A DNA stretch of 63,043 bases, filler included, from Candidatus Desantisbacteria bacterium CG1_02_49_89 (GCA_001871075.1; 6 parts of 6 records of this genome joined end to end with filler, not necessarily neighbours in it); one strand, 5' to 3'; shown: positions 49,282 through 60,608, numbered from the whole stretch's first letter. Translations and numbers: made by a program. Notes: generated by a model from the sequence alone, not told the origin.

Positions 49282-49884
49282 CTTGTTTGTGTTCCTGTAG
49301 GTAAGGCCGTGGCCCGCGTTGACCTTTAACCCGATGCTTACCGCGAATTTAACGGCTCTTTTTATCCTGGCCAGTTCGGCACCTACGGTCTTTCCTTCAA
49401 GGGACCTTTCCGCGTATATGCCCGTGTGGATCTCCACGAAATCGGCTCCTGCTTCCTTCGCGGCCTTTATCTGCTCCCTGCCGGGATTTATAAATATGCT
49501 TACGGGTATCTTTTTCTTTTTAAGCCTTCTGATCGCCGACCTTATCGCGTTTCTGTTATTTATGACATCGAGCCCGCCCTGCGTGGTAAGCTCGCCTCTT
49601 TTCTCCGGAACAAGCGTTACAAGATCGGGTTTTATACGCCCGGCTATGCCCAGAAGCTCGTTTGCGGCAGACATCTCCAGGTTCAGTTTTATGCGGAGCT
49701 TTTTCTTCAGGCTCAGGACATCCTTCTCCTTGATGTGCCTTCTGTCTCCCCTGAGGTGCACGGTCACGCCGTCAGCCCCGCTTTTCTGGGCGATCAGCCC
49801 GGCTTCAAGCGGGTCCGGCTCCACAGTGCCCCTCGCTTCGCGTATCGTTGCAATATGGTCGATATTTATTGACAGTTTCGGCAT
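49282..49884 (-). CDS. pdxJ: Pyridoxine 5'-phosphate synthase (3' truncated)
   Basis: NIDHIATIREAR, HLRGDRRHI, EIHTG, NAGHGL. Confidence 0.95.
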
Positions 49885-49995
49885 TCTTACTCCCTATAAC
49901 GTAAGTTTACAAAGTCTATAAAGTTTACAAAGTTTTCAAAGTTTGAATCTACTCTGTAAACTGTGTAAACTCTGTAAACTATATTTCAAAGTTGG

Positions 49996-50829
49996 CTAAA
50001 CTGTTTTTATTGCGTATGCCAGATCGGCCACCCGCTTCATCTCTTTAACATCGTGCACGCGAACGATATCAGCCCCGTTCCAGACACAAATGGCTACCGC
50101 TGCGGCTGTGCCCTCAAACCTTTCATAAACTTTCAGATTAAGGACCTTGCCTATGAAAGACTTCCTGGACGGCCCGGCAAGAACAGGACACCCTAATTTT
50201 TTAAATTTTTCCAGGTTTTTTATGATCAGCAGGTTGTGCTCAACTGTCTTGCCGAATCCGATCCCGGGGTCAATTATGATCTTTTTTACGTCGATCCCGA
50301 GTTCTTTTGCTTTTTTTATGCGTTCCCCCAGGAATCCCGCTATATCCCTGATCACGTCACCGTAACGCGGGCTGGCCTGCATGCCGCGCGGCCTTCCCTG
50401 CATGTGCATGAGTATCACCGGGACACCCGCGCGCGCCGCGGCTTTGCCCATATTCCTGTCCATCCTGAGGGCGCTTATGTCATTTATTATATCGGCGCCT
50501 TCTTCCAGAGCCCTGCAGGCAACCTCTGATTTATACGTGTCGATCGATACCAGCGTCCTTAATTTCTTCTTTATCTTCCTGATGACCGGAATTATCCTTC
50601 TTATCTCCTCTTCGGCGCTTACCTGTTCCGCGTAGGGCCGGGTTGATTCCCCGCCTACGTCTATTATATCGGCTCCTTCACCGGCCATCTTCTCTGCCTG
50701 TTTCAGCGCGTTTTCCCGCGAAAAGAACCTGCCTCCGTCGGAGAATGAATCCGGCGTGACATTGAGTATCCCCATTATCAGGGGCCTGTCAAATTTTAAA
50801 ACACGGCCCTTCCATCTTATTTCTTTCAT
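49996..50829 (-). CDS. folP: Dihydropteroate synthase
   Basis: MGILNVTPDSFSDGG, GGESTRP, DPGIGFGK, SRKSF, RVHDV. Confidence 0.97.
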   Translation of the reverse strand: MKEIRWKGRVLKFDRPLIMGILNVTPDSFSDGGRFFSRENALKQAEKMAGEGADIIDVGGESTRPYAEQVSAEEEIRRIIPVIRKIKKKLRTLVSIDTYKSEVACRALEEGADIINDISALRMDRNMGKAAARAGVPVILMHMQGRPRGMQASPRYGDVIRDIAGFLGERIKKAKELGIDVKKIIIDPGIGFGKTVEHNLLIIKNLEKFKKLGCPVLAGPSRKSFIGKVLNLKVYERFEGTAAAVAICVWNGADIVRVHDVKEMKRVADLAYAIKTV

Positions 50830-51106
50830 TTTGAAAATTAACCACAGAGTTCACAGTCGCCTCAACGGCGACCCGCCGAAGTGGCGGGAGACTATATTAA
50901 GTAATTATTTCTCTATGTCCTCAAGATTTTTAATTAAAAATATGGAGGTTCTTGATGCTCAAAGATTGTCTCATTTTTGCATTTATTCAAAATATTCCAT
51001 CAAACCTGAAGGTTTGAGTTACGGTAAAATCTGCAGCATAGAGTTACTTTCGTGTCTTCGTGGAATTTCGTGCTTTCGTGGAAATTTTTCTCAGTGTTCT
51101 CCGTGG

Positions 51107-51676
51107 TTATTTTTTTATCAGGTTTAGGACCTCGGCCTGTTTTTCGCTTTTCTCAAATACCCCGCGCGCCGCGACAGTCACTACGCTGCTTCGCTCCTTC
51201 TTGATCCCGCGCATCACCATGCACAAATGGACCGCCTCGATCATCACAAACACACCTTCGGGTTTCAGTTTGTTCTGGAAGGCGTCGGCTATCTGCCGGG
51301 TTATCCTTTCCTGGACCTGCAGCCTCTTTGAAAACGCCTCGACAAGCCGGGCGAATTTGCTCAGGCCTGTCATCCTGCCTGAAGGCACGTATGCAATGTG
51401 TACCTTGCCGAAGAACGGAACGAGGTGGTGCTCGCAGACCGAATAGAACGGGATGTCCCTCACAAGCACCATGTCCCTGTATTTTTCCGAAGGAAGCGTT
51501 TTCAGGACATCTGCCGCCTTCTCTCTCATGCCCGCGAAGATCTCTTCGCACATCCTGGCGAACCTTTCAGGGGTTTTATTTATCCCGGGCCTTTCCGGGT
51601 CTTCGCCTATTGCCTCCAGGATCATGCGCACTGCTTTCTCGATCTTCTTTTTATCCATTATGCCCTCATTAGACAC
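51107..51676 (-). CDS. folE: GTP cyclohydrolase I
   Basis: CEHHLVPF, RLQVQER, HLCMVMRG. Confidence 0.97.
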   Translation of the reverse strand: MSNEGIMDKKKIEKAVRMILEAIGEDPERPGINKTPERFARMCEEIFAGMREKAADVLKTLPSEKYRDMVLVRDIPFYSVCEHHLVPFFGKVHIAYVPSGRMTGLSKFARLVEAFSKRLQVQERITRQIADAFQNKLKPEGVFVMIEAVHLCMVMRGIKKERSSVVTVAARGVFEKSEKQAEVLNLIKK

Positions 51677-51793
51677 AGATAGCCACTGATTTCCACGGAT
51701 CTAAAATCTGTGATAATCTGTGTCGAAAATCAATGCTTTATATTTCTGTTTTTACTTTTACAATTTACAATTTACAATTTGCAATTTGAAATT

Positions 51794-53593
51794 TCAGTTG
51801 GCTTTAAGGATCTCATCCACTTCCTGCTCTTCCAGCATTTCCTTCTCTATCAGGGCTTTGGCAAGCTTGTCAAGCTTGTCGCTATTATTTTTCAGAAGGT
51901 CTTTGGCCCTTTTGTAGCATTCCTCGATGATCCTGCGGATTTCCCTGTCGATCTGGGAAGCCACTTCCTCGCTGTACTGCTTCTCCTTGGTTATATCCCT
52001 GCCCAGGAATACCATCTCTTCTTTCTTGCGGTATGTTATGGGGCCCATCTTTTTGCTCATGCCGTATTCGCAGACCATTTTATGCGCTGCCTCGCTTATT
52101 TTTTCCAGGTCGTTCTGCGCGCCTGTCGTTACCTCGTTAAATACCAGCTCCTCCGCAACCCTGCCGCCAAACATCACGGTCATCCTGTCCAGGACCTCGG
52201 TCCTTGTAGTCAGGTACCTGTCTTCAAGCGGAAGCTGAAGCGTATAACCCAGGGCGGCTATTCCCCTGGGAATTATGGAAACCTTGTGCACAGGGTCGGT
52301 CCCGGGTATGAGTTTCGCTATCAGGGTATGACCTGATTCGTGGTAAGCCACGATCTTCTTCTCCCTTTCGCTTATAACGCGCGTCTTCATTTCCGGGCCC
52401 GCTATCACGCGCTCGACCGCCTCGCTGAACTCTTCCATCCCTACGCTCTCTTTTCCCTTCCTGGCTGCAAGCAGGGCGGCCTCGTTCACCATATTCGCAA
52501 GATCAGAACCCACAAACCCGGGCGTGCGCCTTGCAAGCACTTTCACGTCAAGTTCCGGGGCGAGTTTAACGTTGCGCATATGGACTTTCAGTATTTCCTC
52601 CCTGCCGATTATGTCCGGGGGGTTCACTATTATGTTCCTGTCAAACCTGCCCATCCTCAGGAGAGCGGGGTCCAGCACGTCAGGCCTGTTTGTGGCTGCA
52701 ATAAGTATAACGCCTTCTTTTGTGTCAAACCCGTCCATCTCGACAAGAAGCTGGTTAAGGGTCTGCTCCCTTTCGTCATGGCCGCCCCCTATGCCAGCGA
52801 ACCTCTGCCTTCCGACCGCGTCGATCTCGTCGATAAAGATCAGGGACGGCGCACTTTTTTTCGCCTGCTCGAAAAGGTCCCTGACCCGGCTTGCCCCGAC
52901 ACCCACGAACATCTCGACGAAATCAGAACCGCTTATGTTGAAGAACGGAACATTCGCCTCACCCGCAACCGCCCTGGCAAGGAGCGTTTTACCGCAGCCC
53001 GGAGGCCCCAGCAGCAGCACGCCCTTGGGGATCTTTCCCCCGAGTTTTCTGAATTTTCCAGGGTCTTTCAGGAATTCGATTATCTCCTTCAGCTCTTCCT
53101 TTGCTTCATCCACGCCTGCCACGTCCTTGAAAGTGATCTTTTGCTGTTCGGGGTTCTGCAGCTTCGCCTTGCTTTTGCCGAAAGAAAAAGCCCTGTCTGC
53201 CGGGTTCTTCATCTGCCTGAAAATAAACCAGTAGAAAACCACGAACAGCAGCATTGGCAGCACGAACGTGAAGAAGCCGCCGAGCCATTTCGCCGGCGGC
53301 TGCACCGTAAAATTCACCTTGTGTTCCCTCAGGGTCTTTATGAGTTCCTGGTCTTCCACCGCGAAAGTAACGAAGTGCGCGGGCTTGCCGGACCCGTCAT
53401 CATACTGCCCCTCGATCGTGCTTTCCTTAATGACAACGCCGGAAATGCTGTCACCCTCCACCTTATCCAGGAATTCGCTGTAAGAGATCTCCTTCTTAGG
53501 GCTGGCCTGGACCGGCGTCCTGATGGAATTCAGCATCAGCGCTATGAATATCGCTATCATTATCCAGATTATAGACCTTGCCACTCTTTTCAT
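51794..53593 (-). CDS. ftsH: ATP-dependent zinc metalloprotease FtsH
   Basis: [23 protein letters not shown]. Confidence 0.98.
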   Translation of the reverse strand: MKRVARSIIWIMIAIFIALMLNSIRTPVQASPKKEISYSEFLDKVEGDSISGVVIKESTIEGQYDDGSGKPAHFVTFAVEDQELIKTLREHKVNFTVQPPAKWLGGFFTFVLPMLLFVVFYWFIFRQMKNPADRAFSFGKSKAKLQNPEQQKITFKDVAGVDEAKEELKEIIEFLKDPGKFRKLGGKIPKGVLLLGPPGCGKTLLARAVAGEANVPFFNISGSDFVEMFVGVGASRVRDLFEQAKKSAPSLIFIDEIDAVGRQRFAGIGGGHDEREQTLNQLLVEMDGFDTKEGVILIAATNRPDVLDPALLRMGRFDRNIIVNPPDIIGREEILKVHMRNVKLAPELDVKVLARRTPGFVGSDLANMVNEAALLAARKGKESVGMEEFSEAVERVIAGPEMKTRVISEREKKIVAYHESGHTLIAKLIPGTDPVHKVSIIPRGIAALGYTLQLPLEDRYLTTRTEVLDRMTVMFGGRVAEELVFNEVTTGAQNDLEKISEAAHKMVCEYGMSKKMGPITYRKKEEMVFLGRDITKEKQYSEEVASQIDREIRRIIEECYKRAKDLLKNNSDKLDKLAKALIEKEMLEEQEVDEILKAN

Positions 53594-53806
53594 TTTGTCT
53601 CCTTAGTAAATATGATTATTCCCAGCTGCTTTCTTATGAAAGCAAAATGCGGGAATCCCTTGGGGACACAGATTCTATAAGATGATTACACCGATTTTAA
53701 AAAGACGACTTCACAGTTTAATACCATAGTTTCATATCAAATCAAAATGATTATGAACGTAATCAGAGTAATCATTTTTAACTAATCTGTTTAATCAGAG
53801 CGAAGC

Positions 53807-55252
53807 TCACGCTTTGCGGAAGATCGTAACCTTCATCACCTTCTTTGTTTCCTGGGTTATCTTGAATTCCTCGCTTATCCTGTAACCCACAACCCATAAA
53901 ATATCGTTCCCGCTCACAAGCAGCGGTATTCTCTCCCTCATATCCCTGGGCACCTTGCGGTCTATGAGAAAATCGGAAAGCTTCTTGTGCCCCTTGGCGC
54001 CCTGCGGGAAGAACCTGTCCCCGTCTTCCCTCATCCGCACGGAAAGCGTGGCACTTATTTTATCTGCGTTCAGGAACGCCGTGTCGTGCGTGGCCCGGTA
54101 GAAGTTGAACGGTTTATTCCTGTCGAAAACCACCTTCCTCAATATGTATCCCAGTTTTTCATTTTCCCTGCCTTTTTCTTCCCTCTTTTCCTGTTCCTGC
54201 CCGCCCCTGCTTTGATCGTGGCTGGTATGTCTTTCCACCGGTGCTGACGAAGCCGGCGGAGGACGCCTTCCCTTCGCGAAGATCAGCCTGCTGTATTCCT
54301 TCCTCGCGTAGAGCCCATCAGGAAGGTCCAGGCTTGAACCGGACGGTTTTGCTTCAACGAGCACAAGAAGATCGGTTATGTGCACGTAGCTTAGCTGCAG
54401 GATGTTCCCCTTTGCCCTGCGCACTGCTTCCCTCAGGATCCTGGGCTTGATCGCCGGGGCAAGTTTTTCAAACTCCCTGATATTCAGCATTACCTCTTCG
54501 TGCCTGCCGTTCTTGAGTATGTGGCCCACGTGCCTCTGTGCCTGTGATTCAAGGTAAGCGTCTTCCTGCTGGATTATCATGCTGGTGCGGAAGAGCGTTT
54601 CCCTGATGTTGGGGTTGTATTCCTTGGCAAGGTACGGGATGAGTTCAAGCCTTATCTTGTTTCGCTCGTATACGGTCTGCAGGTTCGTGGAATCAACGCA
54701 GAAAGTAAGTTTGTTCTCTTCGAGGAATTTCAGCAGTTCTTCTTTAGAGCATTCAATAAGCGGCCTTATGTAATTCCCGTTCCTGGGAAGGATCGCGCCA
54801 AGCCCGGTGTTGCCGCTTCCCCTCAGAAGGTTGAGCAGCAGTGTTTCTGCCTGGTCGCCCATTGTGTGGCCGAGCGCTATTTTATTGATGCTGTTCTTCT
54901 CGGCTGTCTCTTTGAAAAACGCGTAGCGCACTTCCCTGGCGCCGGCTTCCGGCGAGACCTTCTTTTCTTTTATGAAATCCGGGATGTTCTCGTGCTTTAT
55001 AAAAAGAGGTATGCCGAGGCGGTTTGAAAGCTCACGGACAAAACGCACGTCCTTCTCCGCCTCAACAGGCCTTATCATGTGGTTAAGGTGCGCGATGAAC
55101 AGCGACAGCCCGAATTCGCTCTGCAGGGACGTAAGTATGTAAGCGAGCGTCACCGAATCAGGCCCGCCTGAAACACCCATCATAACGCGGTCGCCTTTTT
55201 CCAGCAGGTTATATTTTTTTATAGTTTCCCTGACCTTATCTCTAAGTTCCAT
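53807..55252 (-). CDS. tilS: tRNA(Ile)-lysidine synthase
   Basis: SGGPDS, DQAET, RPL, RNKIR, C-terminal GDRF. Confidence 0.96.
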   Translation of the reverse strand: MELRDKVRETIKKYNLLEKGDRVMMGVSGGPDSVTLAYILTSLQSEFGLSLFIAHLNHMIRPVEAEKDVRFVRELSNRLGIPLFIKHENIPDFIKEKKVSPEAGAREVRYAFFKETAEKNSINKIALGHTMGDQAETLLLNLLRGSGNTGLGAILPRNGNYIRPLIECSKEELLKFLEENKLTFCVDSTNLQTVYERNKIRLELIPYLAKEYNPNIRETLFRTSMIIQQEDAYLESQAQRHVGHILKNGRHEEVMLNIREFEKLAPAIKPRILREAVRRAKGNILQLSYVHITDLLVLVEAKPSGSSLDLPDGLYARKEYSRLIFAKGRRPPPASSAPVERHTSHDQSRGGQEQEKREEKGRENEKLGYILRKVVFDRNKPFNFYRATHDTAFLNADKISATLSVRMREDGDRFFPQGAKGHKKLSDFLIDRKVPRDMRERIPLLVSGNDILWVVGYRISEEFKITQETKKVMKVTIFRKA

Positions 55253-55463
55253 CTTTATTATACTCCCTTATATATAATTTTAAAAATAAGTCAAAAGTTA
55301 AATTGCAAAATGTAAAATGTAAAAGTAAATATTAGTTTTGACAGTTTAGTCGGATTCCGCCCGTGTAAGGGAACTGCGTTCCCTTCGTTCGAATCCTTTT
55401 AATTTATTATTTTTTAACCTTTAACCTTTTTAACCTCTTTAACCTTTAACTTTTGTTAAAAGG

Positions 55464-55480
55464 AAATAGCGGCGGACCGA
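55464..55480 (-). repeat. 17-bp duplicate of the tRNA-Met 3' end
   Basis: aaatagcggcggaccga at 55464-55480 and 55666-55682. Confidence 0.8.
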
Positions 55481-55668
55481 CTTTGTCCCGATTGCATCGG
55501 GATCAACAATCTTTTATCGACGGAATTCGTCCTTCTATCTTCTACTCACACCACCGAGAATGTTGAACTGAAAGTTCAAAGTTCCGCTCTCCGTTCTCAT
55601 CGGTCCTTTGTATTTTTTCACGCACGACGTATGACGCACGACGTGTTTTTCTTTTGCGGTAGTTAAAA

Positions 55669-55742
55669 TAGCGGCGGACCGATTCGAACGGTCGACCCTA
55701 CGGGTATGAGCCGTATGCTCTAACCAGCTGAGCTACGCCGCC
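55669..55742 (-). tRNA. tRNA-Met (CAT), probably elongator; CCA not encoded
   Basis: GGCGGCGTAGCTCAGCTGGTTAGAGCATACGGCTCATACCCGTAGGGTCGACCGTTCGAATCGGTCCGCCGCTA folds as a cloverleaf. Confidence 0.93.
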
Positions 55743-57319
55743 ATTAGTTTTGGCTCGACATGCGCTTCGAACTTTCCTATAGGCAATCTAAATATTATTT
55801 CAACCTTCCCATCATGGCCTATTTTGACTTGTTTAAAGATGGCTCCAATCAGGTTCTTTTTTTCATTTATATCTGCCGCTTCGAAGTAATCATCAAATCT
55901 TTCAATAATGTCTTTTGTAAAATTAGTATCGGCTTCAGCGAGCTGTTGGTTGGAACGTTCAACCCTAATGTTATTAAGCTCTGCCCCAATTTTATTTTGC
56001 TTCGAAGATATGATTTCAAATTTCTCTGCAAAATTTTTCTTATCTATTTTTGATTCCTTGAATTGTTCGATTAAAGTCTTTTCTTGTCCTTCCAATATTT
56101 GTAAATTACTGTACAAAGATTTCTCGTTTCTGATAAGGTTTTCTAAATCGGGGCCTGTTTCTCTTTTAACTTCATCAACAATCCTTTTTATTTCTGGTAA
56201 CTTATTCTTCAATTTTTTCATTTGCATAATCAAAAACGGTTCAATAATTTCTTGACGGATGGACTTCACCTTACATTCTTTGCAATACTCTGTCTCTATG
56301 TCCCGACCGCGCTTCCATCGATTGCACCTGTAATACCTTTCAACAACTCCATTATCTCGGGTCTTACACCAACCTTCAAGTGTCATATCACAAGGTGTAA
56401 AATGGATTAAATTAGTGAATAAGTATTCGGCATTGTTGTGTTTTGTTAATTTCCCTGACCTATTTTTTATCTTTTCCTGAACAGCATCAAAAATAGGTCT
56501 GCTTATTATCGGCTCATGATGGTCTTTTATTACAATCCAACGTTCAGGTTCGTTCTCGAATGTTCTTTTTTTACCTTCAATCTTTTCAAAAAATGTCTTA
56601 TTCCAGGCAAAGTCTCCGGCATATGCAGGATTTTTTAATATTTTCATAATAGTGTTTTGCGAGAATTGTTTTCTTAAGCGCGTTGTTATGCCAATGCTTT
56701 TTAAATAGCGGGGAAGCTTTCTCATTGTTCCCATATTTTCATAGAGATATTTTTCAAAAATCGTTTTTATTACACCAGAGCGTATCGGGTCTACCACAAA
56801 TTTTTTATCAATCAACTTATATCCATCTGGTACATTCCCACCAAGGTAATTGCCCATGGTAGCGCTTTTTTCCATCCCCAGTTGGACCCTTTCAGCAATT
56901 GATTCCCTCTCCCATTCCGCGAAAACTGCAAGCATTCCCAAAAGAGCTTTTCCCGAAGAAGTCGTAGTGTCAAAGGACTCTGTTGCGCTTTTGAATCCTA
57001 CCTCATTGGACTCAAAAGCGTCTTCCAAAAGCCACAATAAATCTCTTAACGACCTTGATAATCGGTCTAATCGATAGACAAGAACGATGTCAAACTTCCT
57101 GTGTTTGGCATCTTCAATCAATCTTGTCAGTTCGGGTCGATAAATATCTCTAGCGCTACATCCCGCGTCCTTATAAATATCAACGACTGTCCATTTTTGA
57201 AATTCCGCAAAACGTTTTAATGTGTCCTCTTGAGCATCTAGTGAAAATCCTGTCTTTGCTTGCTCATCCGAAGAAACACGAATATAAAAAACTACCTTTT
57301 TCTTAGGGGTCTCCCGCAT
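55733..57319 (-). CDS. Large serine recombinase (integrase)
   Basis: YIRVSSDEQ, RLDRLSR, ILKNPAYAG, HEPII, zinc ribbon, coiled coil; aaggag RBS; TTGCAT-17-TATACT upstream; low GC. Confidence 0.95.
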   Translation of the reverse strand: MRETPKKKVVFYIRVSSDEQAKTGFSLDAQEDTLKRFAEFQKWTVVDIYKDAGCSARDIYRPELTRLIEDAKHRKFDIVLVYRLDRLSRSLRDLLWLLEDAFESNEVGFKSATESFDTTTSSGKALLGMLAVFAEWERESIAERVQLGMEKSATMGNYLGGNVPDGYKLIDKKFVVDPIRSGVIKTIFEKYLYENMGTMRKLPRYLKSIGITTRLRKQFSQNTIMKILKNPAYAGDFAWNKTFFEKIEGKKRTFENEPERWIVIKDHHEPIISRPIFDAVQEKIKNRSGKLTKHNNAEYLFTNLIHFTPCDMTLEGWCKTRDNGVVERYYRCNRWKRGRDIETEYCKECKVKSIRQEIIEPFLIMQMKKLKNKLPEIKRIVDEVKRETGPDLENLIRNEKSLYSNLQILEGQEKTLIEQFKESKIDKKNFAEKFEIISSKQNKIGAELNNIRVERSNQQLAEADTNFTKDIIERFDDYFEAADINEKKNLIGAIFKQVKIGHDGKVEIIFRLPIGKFEAHVEPKLMAA

Positions 57320-57578
57320 AGCAATCGACTCCTTAATATATTTCATATAGTATAACAAATAAAAGTAAAAAATGCAAGTAAAAAGTCGTTTTTATCCTGA
57401 TTATACCATCCAAAACATCGTCCGCTGCGGCATTATTCTTTCTTTTTTTTGGGAATATCGCTCTTTTTTTTATATTGTNNNNNNNNNNNNNNNNNNNNNN
57501 NNNNNNNNNNNNNNNNNNNNNNTTAATTAATTAANNNNNNNNNNNNNNNNNNNNNNNNNNNNNNNNNNNNNNNNNNNN

Positions 57579-57898
57579 CCCTGCGTTCCCGCGCAATTGA
57601 TAACGGCGTGTTCCTTGTGTCTGCCTGTTACGGCAAGCATCCTGATGAATCCTGGAAGCCGGGAATGATGCAGGGTAGAACGGGTGTTGTGGGCCCTGAC
57701 GGGATGATACTCGCGGAAGCAGGCAGGGAAGCAGGGATCGTTATGGCAACCGTGGACCTGAACCAGAAGCTATACAAGGCGTATTTTACCACGAATTCGG
57801 AAAAGGACGATTTCAGGAAGGAAATGCTTGACGACCGCAGGCCGGAAACGTATAGGGCTATAACAAAAGTTAAAAAGGTTAAAGGGGTTAAAAGTTAA
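57579..57898 (+). CDS. Carbon-nitrogen hydrolase (nitrilase family) C-terminus (5' truncated)
   Basis: RSRAIDNG, GVVGPDG, DRRPETY. Confidence 0.8.
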
Positions 57899-57991
57899 AA
57901 AGGTTAAAAATTCGCAGAAATTCGTGAGAATTCGTGGTTAAATGGATTTGTATGTGGTTTTGTGGTAAGGTTCGTGGTTTTCGGGGAAAAA

Positions 57992-59200
57992 ATGATAGCG
58001 AATGAAAACCTGATAACGGATGATATGAGGGCTAAGGCAAAAGAACTCGTTAAATTGGCGCGTGGCAATAACGGGCTTGCCCCTGTTGACACCGGAAGGT
58101 TCTGGAATGACAACAACACAGCTTCCAGGGATCCGTTCGGCAAAGATATTCCTCAGATACCGCTGGGCATAGGCATGTTGGATGAGTGCGTTTTCGCCGA
58201 ACTCGGGATCAGCGCGGATTTCAAGCGATTGCTTGAAGACGAAGCGTGGGCGATCTCTTTGAAAAAAGCCTATAACGACAAGGCTGAAAAAATAGTGGGA
58301 AGGCGCCTGCTCAGCGGGAAGCCTGTTGATAAAACCAGGCAGTATCCTCCGGTGAAGGGCCTGCACGACGTTTTTGAGGCGAAGAACGTGTGGAATTCCG
58401 GTTCATGGTGGCTTGAACAGTCGGTAAGGAACGAGAAAGAACTTGAAGAACTGCTTTGCCGTGTTGAAGAACGCAACAAGGACCTGCGCACTTTTATCCT
58501 TCCGCCCGAATGGGAAAAGGAGAAGGAACGCCTGATGAAAGCCGGTATTAAACCGGCTATGTACAGGGGCCAGCGCGGGCCGATGACTTTTGCGGGTTCT
58601 GTTTACGGAATTGAAAACACGATATTCCTGATACTGGATAACCCGAAGCTCGCCGCAAGGTTCAGGGACGCTATCATCAACACGATGCTGAATATAGCGG
58701 GAGTGCTCGATAAAGAAGCCGGTTATTCGGAAACGGACGCGCCGAAAGGCTTTTCTTTTTGCGACGACAATTGCGCGATGTTCAACCCGAAGATGTATGA
58801 GTTTTTCGGTTACCCGATACTGAAAGCGGTTTTTGAGCGGTACAGCCCTGGTCCCTCGGACTCGCGGTACCAGCATTCTGATTCAGATATGAGGCACCAG
58901 CTCCCCGCGCTTGGAAGATTAGGGTTGACCGGTGTAAATTTCGGGCCTACGCTCAGCGTTACCGAGATAAGGGAGCACTGCCAGCGCGCTGTGATAGACG
59001 GGCAGCTCGCGCCATTTACGTTCTGCCGCAACGAAGAAGAGAATATTGTACTGGAATTACTGCGGGATTTCGAGCAGTCAAAAGAAAAGCGCGGTGTCCG
59101 TTTCGCGACAGCAGGTTCTGTTAATAACGGTTCTATGCTTACGGGGTTGCGCCTTGTAATGTCCGCGATACAGCGTTACGGAAGATATCAGGTTGGATAA
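57992..59200 (+). CDS. Uroporphyrinogen decarboxylase family protein
   Basis: RGPMTFA, FCDD, QHSDS, DGQLAP. Confidence 0.7.
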   Translation: MIANENLITDDMRAKAKELVKLARGNNGLAPVDTGRFWNDNNTASRDPFGKDIPQIPLGIGMLDECVFAELGISADFKRLLEDEAWAISLKKAYNDKAEKIVGRRLLSGKPVDKTRQYPPVKGLHDVFEAKNVWNSGSWWLEQSVRNEKELEELLCRVEERNKDLRTFILPPEWEKEKERLMKAGIKPAMYRGQRGPMTFAGSVYGIENTIFLILDNPKLAARFRDAIINTMLNIAGVLDKEAGYSETDAPKGFSFCDDNCAMFNPKMYEFFGYPILKAVFERYSPGPSDSRYQHSDSDMRHQLPALGRLGLTGVNFGPTLSVTEIREHCQRAVIDGQLAPFTFCRNEEENIVLELLRDFEQSKEKRGVRFATAGSVNNGSMLTGLRLVMSAIQRYGRYQVG

Positions 59201-59363
59201 CTGGACGACTGGATAATTAGCCAGATTAATTCAGTGTCCTCAGTGGCAGATTTTATATAGTTTACAAGCTTACAAGTCTATAAGTTTACAGGTAATTATA
59301 ATTCGTGGAAATTCGTGCAAATTCGTGGTTAAATGAGCTTGTCTGTGGTTTTAGTGGTGGAAA

Positions 59364-60425
59364 ATGACTTCACAGGAACGCATAAAGATCGTATTGGGCG
59401 GAGGGGTGCCTGACAGGGTGCCGCTGTGCGAAACAGGTTTCTGGCCGCAGACGATCGAACGCTGGAAGAAGGAAGGCCTGCCTGAAGGCGACCCGCTGGA
59501 CTATTTCAAGATGGACCACATATCCGGCATTTCGTATGACGGCACGTTCCGCCTGCCGGGCAAAGTGCTTGAAGAAACTGCCGAATACAGGATCGAGACC
59601 GATGGTTACGGCAGGACATTCAAGGCATGGAAAAACGAGAACTACAGCCCGCCCCAGTATATGGATCACCTGTTTAAGGAAAGGGGCCAGTGGGAGGAAT
59701 TAAAGAAGAAACTCACACCTTCCAAAGACAGGATACAGAAAGATCTGAAAGCCCAGTATGAGAACCTTCGTAAAAGGGGAGATTTCGTTTTTCTGAGCCC
59801 TGACGAGCCGTGCTGGTTTGTGCTTAACAGGACAATGGGCTTTGAGAACGGCCTTTCCAAAATGGTAGAAGAACCGGATCTTATAAGGGACATAATAAAC
59901 ACGCACACTGATTTTATCCTTGAAATGTGCAATATTTTCCTGAGTGAAGGGATGAAGCCGGATGCGATCTGGCTATATTCAGACCTGTGCTATAAGAACG
60001 GGATGCTTTTTTCGCCGAAGGTTTACAGGGACCTGGTGATGCCCGCGCATAAGAAGATAAAACAATTCTGCCTTGAAAACAACCTATTCTGGATCTATCA
60101 CTGCGACGGAAATATTAAGGAACTGCTCCCCCTGCTTATCGAGTCAGGCATCAACGCCATACAGCCGCTTGAGGCAAGGCAGGGTAATGATGTAAGGATT
60201 TATAAAAAGCAGTACAGTAATAAGGTTACGTTCTTCGGCAACATTTCGGCTGATGTCCTCAGCTTGGATAAGGAAAGAATACGGGAAGAGGTGGAAAGCA
60301 AGGTTACAGCGGCTATGAAAGGCGGGGGGTACATATTCCATTCAGACCATTCCGTACCGCCGACTGTCAGCCTTGAGAATTATAAGTATGCCGTGGAGCT
60401 GGCGAAAGATGTCGGGAAGTATTAG
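59364..60425 (+). CDS. Uroporphyrinogen decarboxylase/MtaA-like family protein
   Basis: PDRVP, YSDLCYKNG, YHCDG, GGGYIFHSDHSVP. Confidence 0.88.
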   Translation: MTSQERIKIVLGGGVPDRVPLCETGFWPQTIERWKKEGLPEGDPLDYFKMDHISGISYDGTFRLPGKVLEETAEYRIETDGYGRTFKAWKNENYSPPQYMDHLFKERGQWEELKKKLTPSKDRIQKDLKAQYENLRKRGDFVFLSPDEPCWFVLNRTMGFENGLSKMVEEPDLIRDIINTHTDFILEMCNIFLSEGMKPDAIWLYSDLCYKNGMLFSPKVYRDLVMPAHKKIKQFCLENNLFWIYHCDGNIKELLPLLIESGINAIQPLEARQGNDVRIYKKQYSNKVTFFGNISADVLSLDKERIREEVESKVTAAMKGGGYIFHSDHSVPPTVSLENYKYAVELAKDVGKY

Positions 60426-60608
60426 AGTCAAAGATTCATAGAGTCATAGAGTCAGAGTAACTGCAAGGTTTTGCCGGAAGCTGAATACCATAAAGATAGT
60501 TTATAGAGTTTACATAGTTTACAAGTTTATAAAGTAAAATATTTCTCTGTGGTGTTCTTTCGTGACTTCGTGATACTTTCGTGTTTTCGTGGAAAATTTG
60601 GAGGAACT

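Noticed and set aside
50900-51045. AT-rich patch between folE and folP
   Set aside because: Possibly a gene remnant, but no family is recognisable.
52340-53680. Long antisense ORFs (446 aa opposite ftsH; also 2714-3781, 41988-43082)
   Set aside because: Codon-bias shadows of strong genes, with no recognisable motifs.
55669-55742. tRNA as initiator fMet or Ile2 (adjacent to tilS)
   Set aside because: No C1:A72 mismatch or three G-C anticodon pairs; the sequence resembles elongator Met. Ile2 is not rigorously excluded.
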